This document shows, piece by piece, positions 16,542 through 25,195 of a DNA stretch of 64,000 nt. The stretch lies in assembly GCA_948466255.1 (NCBI GenBank), contig CAOJZV010000006.1:2521-66520 (forward strand), read 5' to 3'. The number at the start of each line of letters is the position of its first letter. The stretch's first letter is position 1. The translations under genes were made by a program, and so were the position numbers. Origin of the DNA: an uncultured Bacillota bacterium (GTDB lineage Bacteria; Bacillota_I; Bacilli_A; RF39; UBA660). Below the pieces are notes generated by a model. That model made no database searches. It had not been told where the DNA came from and saw nothing but the letters and a program-made list of their open reading frames with translations.

Positions 16542-18473
16542 ATGAACAAATTACAAAAAACAGGTTATCCTTCAATGGATAGAAATCATGAGGATTGTTT
16601 TGGCTCTGATTTTTTAGAAACAGAAATGCCAAAAACTACTTTATATGATTATATATATGAAGAAAATAAAAATCGTTTGGAGTTGCCAGCTATCAATTAT
16701 TTTGATAATAAAATTTCTTATAGAAAGTTTTTAGAAAATAGTGATACGGTAGCAAGAGCATTAAACCACTATGGGGTAAAAAAAGGTGATACTGTAACTG
16801 TAGTAGCTCCTAGTTTACCAGAAACCTTTTATATTCTTTTGGGAGCTAGTAGAATAGGCGCAATAGCTAATTTTGTTGATCCAAGATATGGAGAAAAGGC
16901 GATTGAACATAAAATTAAAGATTCAAAATCTAAAATTGTAATCGCATTTGACGGTGCTGTAAAAACTTTTAATAGAAGAACAAAACAATATAAAAAACAA
17001 CACGTTTTAGATAAAATAGGTAATATTTTAAAGAATACTGATGTGGAAGCTGTTATTAGTTTACCAGCTAGTAACTCTATTGGCTTAATATCAATCATAA
17101 AAAATGATACTATAAGAGCTGCAATGTTTGATAGACAAAAAAGTGAATTTAAGGATACTTATTCATGGAAAGAATTTTTCAAAACGGGAAGTTTTAGTCG
17201 TAATTTAGTGTTCCCAGAGCATGAGATTGATATTCCAGTAGCTGTTGTATCAACTGGTGGATCTACTGGAACACCTAAAAGTGCTTTATTTTCAAATGAA
17301 AACATTATCAGTGCAACAATGCAATGTCGTTTGACGGGGATATTCCCAGAAGAGGCAAGATGGTATGATATTATGCCACCTTCAATTGCATATGGTTTAG
17401 CTGATGGATCAATTTTGCCTTTCTCATTAGGTAATGAGGTTAGAATTAATCCAGATCCAACTGCAATGAGTTTAAGAAATCCAAAACAATTACAAATGGT
17501 AGAGGATTTAGTGAGGTTTGATCCACATACATTAGCATGTGCACCAAACCATGTACTAGCTATTTTAAATAGCAAAGAATGGAAGAATAATCCACATAGT
17601 ATGATTAATTTTATAGTTGGTGGAGATTCATTAAATAAAGAGCAAATACGTAGATGTGATGAAATGTTACAAAATTTGAAACGTCCTTCTAATTTTGATA
17701 AAGAGCGTTTACTTGGTGAACGTGAAGATATATTAACAATTAATACTGGATGGGGTGCTACTGAAACTACTGCTGCTGCTAGTGTGGCAAGAGGTAGTGA
17801 AAAAGTAAAAGAAGGAACGGTTGGACAAACTTTACCTTATGAAGTTGTAAGTACATTTAGAAAAAATGAAGAAACAGGAGAATATGAAGAATTACCTTAT
17901 GTACCTAATGACCAAATAGAAAATGTTACAGAAGATCAGATTGCAGAACTTTGTGTATCTGGACCAAATGTGATGTTAGGTTATCTTAACAATCCAGATG
18001 AAACAGCTAAGGCTATTATTGAACATCAAGATGGAACAAAATGGGCACACAGTGGGGATTTAGGATTTATAGATGAAGATGGTTATGTTCACTTTATTGA
18101 TAGGGAAAAATATATTAGTGTTAGACATGATGGATTTAAAGTTACTCCAGTTGAAATAGAAGATGTAATTTTAAAAGATGATAGAATTGATGCGTGTAAA
18201 GCAGTTATATTTGATGACCCTGAAGAAGATAGAGGAACTGTTATAAAAGTTTACTACACTTTAAGAGATGCTAGTAGTGACATAAAAGATGTTGAAGAAA
18301 CTGCAAACTTAATGTGTGAAATGGAACTTGCTGATTATAAATGTCCTGTGGACTATGAATGTATGGAAAAATTGCCAATTACTAATTCAGGAAAAATTGA
18401 TGTTATGACTTTAAAAGCTGATGCTGAAGCAAAAGCTAGAAAAGGAAAACAATATATTAAAAAAAATATATAG
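16542..18473 (+). CDS. AMP-dependent synthetase/ligase (acyl-CoA/acyl-AMP ligase family), long form
   Basis: STGGSTGTPK AMP-binding motif, plus GWGATET and SGDLGFIDEDGY. 643 aa. Confidence 0.8.
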   Translation: MNKLQKTGYPSMDRNHEDCFGSDFLETEMPKTTLYDYIYEENKNRLELPAINYFDNKISYRKFLENSDTVARALNHYGVKKGDTVTVVAPSLPETFYILLGASRIGAIANFVDPRYGEKAIEHKIKDSKSKIVIAFDGAVKTFNRRTKQYKKQHVLDKIGNILKNTDVEAVISLPASNSIGLISIIKNDTIRAAMFDRQKSEFKDTYSWKEFFKTGSFSRNLVFPEHEIDIPVAVVSTGGSTGTPKSALFSNENIISATMQCRLTGIFPEEARWYDIMPPSIAYGLADGSILPFSLGNEVRINPDPTAMSLRNPKQLQMVEDLVRFDPHTLACAPNHVLAILNSKEWKNNPHSMINFIVGGDSLNKEQIRRCDEMLQNLKRPSNFDKERLLGEREDILTINTGWGATETTAAASVARGSEKVKEGTVGQTLPYEVVSTFRKNEETGEYEELPYVPNDQIENVTEDQIAELCVSGPNVMLGYLNNPDETAKAIIEHQDGTKWAHSGDLGFIDEDGYVHFIDREKYISVRHDGFKVTPVEIEDVILKDDRIDACKAVIFDDPEEDRGTVIKVYYTLRDASSDIKDVEETANLMCEMELADYKCPVDYECMEKLPITNSGKIDVMTLKADAEAKARKGKQYIKKNI

Positions 18474-18562
18474 AATAATGAATAATATTCATTATTTTTT
18501 CTTTGTAAAAATTTACATCCGAATTGATAAATGTTATAATGATAATATAGGAGGTATAGGAT

Positions 18563-20398
18563 ATGGTTATTGGTATATCGGTAATATTATGCTGTTTATT
18601 ATATAGTTTTGTGCTTGCTGTAATATATTTTTCAAAAACAAGACTTAAAACAATTGATAATAAAGTATATAGTATTTTAGTAATTATAAATATATTTGGA
18701 TTAATTTTAGAATTACTTTGTTGCTATTTTACATACATGAATGGGACCTCAAATTTTAATAGTTTTATGTGTTTTTTCTGTAATAGATTGTTTATTATTT
18801 ATATGCTTACATGGCTAACAGTTTTTACTTTTTATATTTTTTCTATTACATTTGGTAGTAAAAACAAATCAAATGCAGATAGGGAAAAAAATCAGAAAAA
18901 AAATATTAAAATTGCAGTTATTATATATTTGTTTTGTTTGATACTTTCTTTAGTATTGCCATTGGAATGTTTTAGTGATGGGAAGTATGTCTATAGTTAT
19001 GGCCCTGCAACTAATATGCTGGTTGTATTTGGCGGGCTTAGTATTTTATTTGATATATTTTGTGTGATAAAAAACAGAAAATTTATTAATAAGAAACAAT
19101 CCTTACCATTATTTGTATTAATTTTATTGATGATTGGCGTTTTAATTATTAGAAATATAAATCCAGGTATAATTTTAATTAATTCTACATTTGCCTTTAT
19201 AACTTTCTTTATGTATTTTACAATTGAAAATCCCGATGTTCAAATGATTGGTGAGCTTTATAAAAATAGAAAAATAATTGAAAAATCGAATGAAGATACA
19301 TCTAAATTTATTTTTAGAATGACTCAGGATATTAAAAAACCGTTAAAGGATATCATCTCAATCAGTCATGATATGATTAGTATAGATAATGTTGATGAAT
19401 TAATATCTGCTAGTAAATATATAAATAATTATGCGAACCAAATTGATTATTTAATGAATAAGGCTTTAAATATTTCTAATATGGATACACAAAGTATTAA
19501 AGTATTTGATACTAGGTATAATGTTAAAAATTTATTTAAAGAAGTTTCATTTAGAGCTAAAGAAGATATAAAACCTAATCTTGAATTTGATTTTAATATT
19601 AGTGATAATATTCCAACGTATTTATATGGTGATTCTATAAAATTAAAACAGGCTGTTTCGTCAGTTATAAATATTGCGAATGATTTTACAAAAGAAGGAT
19701 TTATTTCATTAGATGTAAGTTCGATTGTAAGATATAATATGTGTAGATTAATTATTACTATTGAAGATTCTGGTAAAGGAATTGGAATCGATAGAATAAA
19801 TCAAATCTTAAGTTTAACTGGTGATGATTTAAAAGATATAGCTGACACAAATTCTGATGATAGAAATTTAGATATTTTAGCTGTTAAAAAGGTTGTTAAT
19901 ATGTTAGGTGGCTCTTTAATGATAAAGAGTGAAGAAGGTGTTGGAACTACTGTAACTATTATTCTTGAACAAAAAGTAGTTGAGACAAAAGAAACTGAGC
20001 TTTCTAAAAAATTAGAAAGTTATGAACAATCTTTATATGGTGAGAAACAAGTTTTAATTGTTGATGACGATGAAAAAGAACTTGATAAAATTGAAAAGCA
20101 AATTAGTTCTGATGGCATTATGGTTAGTTCATCAGTATATGGAAGAGATGTTATTGAAAAAATTAGATCTAAATTAAAATATGATTTAATTATCTTAGAT
20201 GATGAACTTGGGGAGACTAGTGCTTTAGAAGTTCTTAAAGAGTTACAACAAATTAAAAACTTTAAAACACCAGTAGTAGTTATGATTAATGATAATAAAG
20301 AAGGAATTAAACTTCAGTATTTAAAAGATGGATTTGCTGATACAATAAGTAAATCAAAACTTGAATCAGAAATTGATAGAATTATGAAAAGATTTTAA
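18563..20398 (+). CDS. Hybrid sensor kinase-like protein (multi-TM, degenerate H-box, HATPase, receiver)
   Basis: About 6 TM helices at the N-terminus. The H-box position reads FRMTQDIKKPL, with Q where His is expected. N, G1 and G2 boxes are present (DSGKGIG, GGSLMIKSEEGVGTT). The C-terminal receiver has VLIVDDDE and DLIILDD. Confidence 0.75.
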   Translation: MVIGISVILCCLLYSFVLAVIYFSKTRLKTIDNKVYSILVIINIFGLILELLCCYFTYMNGTSNFNSFMCFFCNRLFIIYMLTWLTVFTFYIFSITFGSKNKSNADREKNQKKNIKIAVIIYLFCLILSLVLPLECFSDGKYVYSYGPATNMLVVFGGLSILFDIFCVIKNRKFINKKQSLPLFVLILLMIGVLIIRNINPGIILINSTFAFITFFMYFTIENPDVQMIGELYKNRKIIEKSNEDTSKFIFRMTQDIKKPLKDIISISHDMISIDNVDELISASKYINNYANQIDYLMNKALNISNMDTQSIKVFDTRYNVKNLFKEVSFRAKEDIKPNLEFDFNISDNIPTYLYGDSIKLKQAVSSVINIANDFTKEGFISLDVSSIVRYNMCRLIITIEDSGKGIGIDRINQILSLTGDDLKDIADTNSDDRNLDILAVKKVVNMLGGSLMIKSEEGVGTTVTIILEQKVVETKETELSKKLESYEQSLYGEKQVLIVDDDEKELDKIEKQISSDGIMVSSSVYGRDVIEKIRSKLKYDLIILDDELGETSALEVLKELQQIKNFKTPVVVMINDNKEGIKLQYLKDGFADTISKSKLESEIDRIMKRF

Positions 20399-20417
20399 GC
20401 CTTAATGGCTTTTTTTC
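20397..20417 (+). terminator. Intrinsic terminator
   Basis: AAGCC-TTAAT-GGCTT hairpin followed by T7. Confidence 0.65.
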
Positions 20418-20660
20418 TTTACACTTTTGCAAATATTGTCAGTCTTTGAAGAAAATTACTTATTATATATTTTTTAAATATGTTACTTTTGACATACATA
20501 GTTATTTATTTAGATGATGTTAACTAGTTTACATACTTTTTCATAAATGTAAAACAAAGTAAGAATAGTTAATATAAATAATGTTATAATAAATATAAGG
20601 ATAATCTATGAAAAATTATAGAAATATGTTAAAATGTTAATATATGGAGGAGCGGTTAGG

Positions 20661-21986
20661 ATGAAAAGAGCTAGTTATGTTGATAAGTCTGGTAATACTA
20701 TTGATCATACTTTTGAAAGTAAAAAAACCTTTTTAAATATCTTTTTTGTCATTGGTACTATTGTTCCTTTGATACTTATTGGGTTAATTATTTATACAAT
20801 GGTTGATAATAGTAAATGTGATAAAATTTATAATAGTATTAAAACAGCTACATTAGAATATATGAAGGATAATGATAAAATGCCAGAATATGAGGGTGAT
20901 AGTGCAAGTATTAATATAGATAAACTATATTCAGGTAAATATTTAAGCAGTCTGAATACGGATAATTTAGTGTGCTCTGGAAAAGTGAAAGCTACTAAAT
21001 ATAAAAATGAAATTATTTATACTTTAGATGTTAACAATTGTAATACTTGTTCAACTAATAAAAGATATGGTTCTTGGAGTGAAGAACTTAGTTATTATCC
21101 TGCAGGTAAAAGTATAGTTGATGTTATTCCATATTATAATTTCTATGAAAGAGAAGTTTTAACTACTGATTGGTCTAAAAATTATGAGGCTGATGAAATA
21201 AGTGAAAAAGAATCTAAATATGGAGTTAAAATGCCTAAAGATACTGAAGATAATGGTATGCCTAAAGTACCTACAGAAGGTGAAATTGTTGAGGTGCAAA
21301 CGTTAGAGACACCAATGTATCGTTATAAAGATAAACAATGGCTTTGGTATGATCAACCCTTAAATTATTCAGATTTTTCTTCTGAACAGCCTAGTGGTTT
21401 TTCTACTAAAGACGAAAATACTAGAATTTATACCGAATGGTCTGAATATTCATTAAATTATCCAGGAGAAAAAACTTATCGTGAAATAAAGCAAACAACA
21501 GGATATAAATTTTATTATGAAAAAGATGGTAAAAAAATATATGCTAATAATGGTAAATATACGGCACCTGAAGATGTAGATGAATCTAAATATGATCAGC
21601 GTGATAGTGATACTAGTACTTTATACCAATATCGAGATTCTAAGTGGCGTTGGTATAATGGTCAAAAAAGAAGATATTCTTCTTATCGTTCAGTTCAACC
21701 TGAAAGTTATCCTTACCGTGATGATGCAACTATGCAAGAAACCCCTTATAGTGGTTGGGAAGAAAATTCTTCAATTAATTCGAGTAATGCCGGATATAGA
21801 ACTGAAGAAACTAAAATCCTAACTAAATTTCGTTATGTTTATGAAATTTTATCTTTGCCGGTTTTAAAAAAGCCAGTAACTTTAGATAAATTTGAAAAAG
21901 AAGTAGCTATGACACCTAGTGATTTTGCTAGTTTAGAAGAATACAAATTAGAAGTGACTTATAAATTTAAATATAGAAAAAGATGA
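20661..21986 (+). CDS. Hypothetical membrane-anchored/secreted protein with W-x-W-Y repeats
   Basis: ATG 20661 follows a GGAGGAG SD. It has one TM helix (FFVIGTIVPLILIGLIIYTMV). Motifs YRYKDKQWLWYD and YQYRDSKWRWYNG recur. No family was recognised. Confidence 0.55.
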   Translation: MKRASYVDKSGNTIDHTFESKKTFLNIFFVIGTIVPLILIGLIIYTMVDNSKCDKIYNSIKTATLEYMKDNDKMPEYEGDSASINIDKLYSGKYLSSLNTDNLVCSGKVKATKYKNEIIYTLDVNNCNTCSTNKRYGSWSEELSYYPAGKSIVDVIPYYNFYEREVLTTDWSKNYEADEISEKESKYGVKMPKDTEDNGMPKVPTEGEIVEVQTLETPMYRYKDKQWLWYDQPLNYSDFSSEQPSGFSTKDENTRIYTEWSEYSLNYPGEKTYREIKQTTGYKFYYEKDGKKIYANNGKYTAPEDVDESKYDQRDSDTSTLYQYRDSKWRWYNGQKRRYSSYRSVQPESYPYRDDATMQETPYSGWEENSSINSSNAGYRTEETKILTKFRYVYEILSLPVLKKPVTLDKFEKEVAMTPSDFASLEEYKLEVTYKFKYRKR

Positions 21987-22002
21987 TTTTAAAATCATCT
22001 TT
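21978..22002. repeat. Left copy of the 25-bp direct repeat (terminator palindrome) flanking the IS
   Basis: AAAAGATGATTTTAAAATCATCTTT is identical to 23028-23052. It contains the perfect palindrome AAAGATGATTTT/AAAATCATCTTT. Confidence 0.9.
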
Positions 22003-23027
22003 CCTAAATTGAAATTTCAACCGCACCAGTAAGGTGTGGTTTTTGATATAATAAAAGAGCCCCACCCGGCAAGGAGGACTCATATATGTATTATACACAA
22101 TTAACAGAAAAAAAGAAAGTAGAAATTGATATATTATTAAAACAAGGATTATCAATGAGAAAAGTAGCTTCGATACTTGGAATAAGCCATTCAACTATAT
22201 CTAGATACAAAGCAGGAGTATATAAAAAGAGAACAATAAATATAAAGGAAAAATATAAAATATTTATAGATTATTTGTATACTCATTATGATAGAAAAAC
22301 ATCATCTATAGAGGTATGTATATTTATGTTTAAAAAAAGATATCGTGGCGTGAAATGTCCATCAGTTAAACAAGTATACAATTGGATAAATGAAGGAAAA
22401 ATAAATATTGATAAAAATTATATGTGTTATAAAAGACGTAAAAATAAAATAAGAAACGGAATGATGTCACACACAAAATGGAATCTTGATAACAAAACAG
22501 TTTTACCAATAAGTTTAAGACCAAAATATATTAATAAGAGGGATGAACCAGGACATTTAGAAATAGATTCGATTTTAGGTAAAAAGAATGAACAGGCATC
22601 AATAATATCTATTGTAGATAGATGTACAAGAAGATTATGGCTTATAAAAGCAGAATACAAAAATGAATATTATATAAACAAATTAATATATGAATACATA
22701 ATAAAAAACGAAATAGAAACAAAATCAATAACGGTAGATAATGGATTAGAATTTCAAGCATTGGGAATAGCGGCAAAAAAATTGGGAGTAAAGTTATATA
22801 AGTGTGATCCATATTGTTCATTTCAAAGAGGAACAAATGAAAGAACCAATGCGTTGGTAAGAAGATTTATACCAAAAGGAGATACTATGAAAACAAAATC
22901 ACAGATATATTTAGATGATATTTGTTTTAATATAAATAGTATGCCTAGAAAAATATTTGACTTTAAATCATCTTTTGAGGTAGAATTAAATTATATTTAA
23001 AGTGGTGCGGTTGAAATTACAAAAAAG
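22003..23027 (+). mobile_element. IS30-family insertion sequence
   Basis: Single DDE transposase ORF. The 22-bp terminal inverted repeats are TTGAAATTTCAACCGCACCAGT (22009-22030) and the reverse complement of 23001-23022, with 2 mismatches. The element is flanked directly by 25-bp direct repeats. Confidence 0.85.
22086..23000 (+). CDS. IS30 family transposase
   Basis: N-terminal HTH (LKQGLSMRKVASILGISHSTISR) and a DDE domain (GHLEIDSILGK..., ITVDNGLEF, FQRGTNERTNALVRRFIPKG). Confidence 0.9.
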   Translation: MYYTQLTEKKKVEIDILLKQGLSMRKVASILGISHSTISRYKAGVYKKRTINIKEKYKIFIDYLYTHYDRKTSSIEVCIFMFKKRYRGVKCPSVKQVYNWINEGKINIDKNYMCYKRRKNKIRNGMMSHTKWNLDNKTVLPISLRPKYINKRDEPGHLEIDSILGKKNEQASIISIVDRCTRRLWLIKAEYKNEYYINKLIYEYIIKNEIETKSITVDNGLEFQALGIAAKKLGVKLYKCDPYCSFQRGTNERTNALVRRFIPKGDTMKTKSQIYLDDICFNINSMPRKIFDFKSSFEVELNYI

Positions 23028-23052
23028 AAAAGATGATTTTAAAATCATCTTT
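23028..23052. repeat. Right copy of the 25-bp direct repeat flanking the IS
   Basis: Identical to 21978-22002. Confidence 0.9.
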
Positions 23053-23498
23053 TATAGTGGAAAATCATGAACATCTGCATTAAAATAATTATCATTACGA
23101 TTTATTTCATAAATTGTTTTAATAGTATCTAAAATATCTTTATCATATTCATTTGTGTTTAAAATATCTGATAAAGATAATACACCGATTATATCTTTGT
23201 TTTTAGTAACAACTAATCTTTTTATCTTGTGCTTTTTCATTAATTTTAAAGCATCTATTACATCTTTATCTTGGTCTATAGTTATAACTTTTTTAGAAGC
23301 ATAACTTTTTATTTGTGATAATTGATTAGCCATATCACAAACTAAATCACGGTCAGTTACAACTCCAAACAATTTATCTTTTTCCATAATTAAGATAAAG
23401 CCAACATCCCAAGCATTCATTAAATTTGATACAAACAAAATATTATCATCTGGATCACAAGTTATTAATTTTTTTGACATTATTTCTTTTATTTTCAT
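23052..23498 (-). CDS. CBS domain pair protein
   Basis: IKEIMSKKLITCDPDDNI and GVVTDRDLV repeats typical of tandem CBS domains. 148 aa. Confidence 0.75.
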   Translation of the reverse strand: MKIKEIMSKKLITCDPDDNILFVSNLMNAWDVGFILIMEKDKLFGVVTDRDLVCDMANQLSQIKSYASKKVITIDQDKDVIDALKLMKKHKIKRLVVTKNKDIIGVLSLSDILNTNEYDKDILDTIKTIYEINRNDNYFNADVHDFPL

Positions 23499-23554
23499 CT
23501 TCTCACCCTTTTATATTTTGGACTGAAATTATTTTAATATTCATAAAATAGAAT

Positions 23555-24328
23555 ATGGGAAGAATAAGATTAAAAAGAAAAATACATTTAGGTACTATGA
23601 ATAGATTTACAATTTTTATTGTAAGTTTTGTTTTGATTATTATTTGTATTATTATTGGTTTTAAATATATTAATAAAAAAGCATCACCTATAATTATGAA
23701 TTATGCGGAGATGGAAGCTAAAAAATTATCAAGCATAGTTATCAATAAGGCTATATCAAAACATATTACAGAAAAAGTTAGCGGGGAGGATTTATTTGAA
23801 ATAACTAAAGATAGTAATGGCGAAATTAGAGCGATTGATTTTAATACAACATTAATTAATAAATTTTTAACGGAAACTACTAATAGTGTTCAAATGAATT
23901 TAAGGAATATTGAAAAAGGTGATTTAGAAGCGATAGAATTTTCGGATAGTGTTTTAACGACTTATGATAAGGAAGATTTAGAAAAAGGAATTATATATGA
24001 GGTGACAACAGGAGTATTATTTGGAAATCCATTACTTGCTAATTTGGGGCCTAAAGTACCAGTTAAAATTAGTTTAATTGGTGATGCAACTAGCAACGTT
24101 AGTGCTGAAGTAAAAGATTATGGGATTAATAGTGCGCTTATTCAGGTTTATGTTAATTTAAAAATTAATGAAAGAGTTATTTTACCTTTTTATGATAAAG
24201 ATATAGAAATAAAAACAAAGGCGCCAGTGGCCTTAAAAGTTATTACAGGGACCGTTCCAAAATATTATTCTAACGGACTTAGTCAAGATAGTCCTTCTGT
24301 CGTAGTTCCAACGGAAGAAAAAGAGTAA
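23555..24328 (+). CDS. yunB: Sporulation protein YunB
   Basis: N-terminal TM helix plus GNPLLANLGPKVPVKISLIGDATSNVSAEVKDYGINSALIQVYVNLKINERVILPF, which matches my recollection of the conserved YunB core. The start is uncertain. Confidence 0.65.
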   Translation: MGRIRLKRKIHLGTMNRFTIFIVSFVLIIICIIIGFKYINKKASPIIMNYAEMEAKKLSSIVINKAISKHITEKVSGEDLFEITKDSNGEIRAIDFNTTLINKFLTETTNSVQMNLRNIEKGDLEAIEFSDSVLTTYDKEDLEKGIIYEVTTGVLFGNPLLANLGPKVPVKISLIGDATSNVSAEVKDYGINSALIQVYVNLKINERVILPFYDKDIEIKTKAPVALKVITGTVPKYYSNGLSQDSPSVVVPTEEKE

Positions 24329-24366
24329 TATTTAGAGAAATGTGTTATAATGTAAGTGGTGATATT

Positions 24367-24648
24367 ATGAAAAAATATACTATAAACGAAAAAGAATATG
24401 AATTAATAAAAGATTATCGTGATGGTTTTGATTTATCTGAGGTTACTGATAAATTTACAGATTATTTTGATAATTATGATTATATATTAGGTGACTGGGC
24501 TTATGGAAAACTTAGATTAAAAGGTTTTTGTGATAAGGATAATAGTCTTTTTAAGGATATAAATGATTATTCAACTATTGAGAATTATATTAAGGATAAT
24601 TGTGCTTATAATTGTAAATATTTTATTTTAAAGAAACTTAGTAAATAA
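24367..24648 (+). CDS. yutD: YutD-like protein (DUF1027)
   Basis: YELIKDYRDGFD...DYILGDWAYGKLRLKGF matches the YutD family signature. ATG 24367 is preferred over the track start. Confidence 0.65.
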   Translation: MKKYTINEKEYELIKDYRDGFDLSEVTDKFTDYFDNYDYILGDWAYGKLRLKGFCDKDNSLFKDINDYSTIENYIKDNCAYNCKYFILKKLSK

Positions 24649-24690
24649 GATATTATTGTAATAATTTAATTAATGTGTTATATTATATTT

Positions 24691-24793
24691 AGTGAGGAAA
24701 TTCCTCATAAAAAAGGGAAACATTGTAACATATCAATGTCTGCCTAAATTGTTTTTAGTAAGACACTTTGCTTATGCAAGGTGTCATTTTTTT
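24691..24793 (+). ncRNA. Putative antisense (antitoxin) sRNA, copy 1
   Basis: Promoter TTGTAA (24656-24661), 17 nt, TATATT (24679-24684). Terminator hairpin GACACTTTGC-TTAT-GCAAGGTGTC (24762-24785) followed by ATTTTTTT. It is complementary to the 3' UTR of the minus-strand peptide mRNA. The ends are predicted only. Confidence 0.35.
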
Positions 24794-24794
24794 A

Positions 24795-24878
24795 TTAATT
24801 AAGGCACTTCCAAAGAAGGCCAATCAACAAAATGATAATTACAAGCAATACTAGGATTATAAAATCTTTTTTTGTCAT
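24795..24878 (-). CDS. 27-aa hydrophobic peptide (candidate type I toxin), copy 1
   Basis: Translation: MTKKDFIILVLLVIIILLIGLLWKCLN. An AAGGAGGG SD sits 8 nt upstream and is half-buried in a CCTTTCAG/CTGAAAGG hairpin. Promoter TTGACC-17-TATATT on the minus strand (complement of 24958-24986). Confidence 0.45.
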   Translation of the reverse strand: MTKKDFIILVLLVIIILLIGLLWKCLN

Positions 24879-25195
24879 AATATCAAGCCCTCCTTTCAGG
24901 AACCCCCTGAAACTGAAAGGCAGACACCGATAGCGGTTAAAATGTTTCCGAGTAATTAATATAAACTAGTTATAAACAAAGGTCAAACAACAATTTTGGC
25001 ATTTTTGAAGCATTTTTTCATACAAAAAAACCAAATCTGTTATAGACAAATTTGGCAAATTCATAAGGTTTATTTCTTCAAAAAAGGAAAGTTGGTAGTT
25101 TTATTTATATTATGGAAATTTTATGAAAAGGTGGTTAGGTGGTGGAAAAAAGATAGTAAAAATGTTATAATGGATAAAGATAGGAGGCCTTTAAA

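Larger units (their letters stand above)
24656..25100. repeat. Intergenic module copy 1 (inverted relative to copy 2)
   Basis: The reverse complement aligns along its length with 32268-32714. I estimate roughly four fifths identity by eye, with small indels. Confidence 0.9.

Noticed and set aside
18421-18606. 61-aa ORF bridging the AMP-ligase end and the hybrid kinase start
   Set aside because: It overlaps the 3' end of one supported gene, then the promoter/SD and the first codons of the next, in another frame. It has no independent signals.
21967-22194. 75-aa minus-strand ORF across the IS30 left end
   Set aside because: It crosses the IS boundary and the inverted repeat and lies antisense to the transposase start. 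It is an artefact of the insertion junction.
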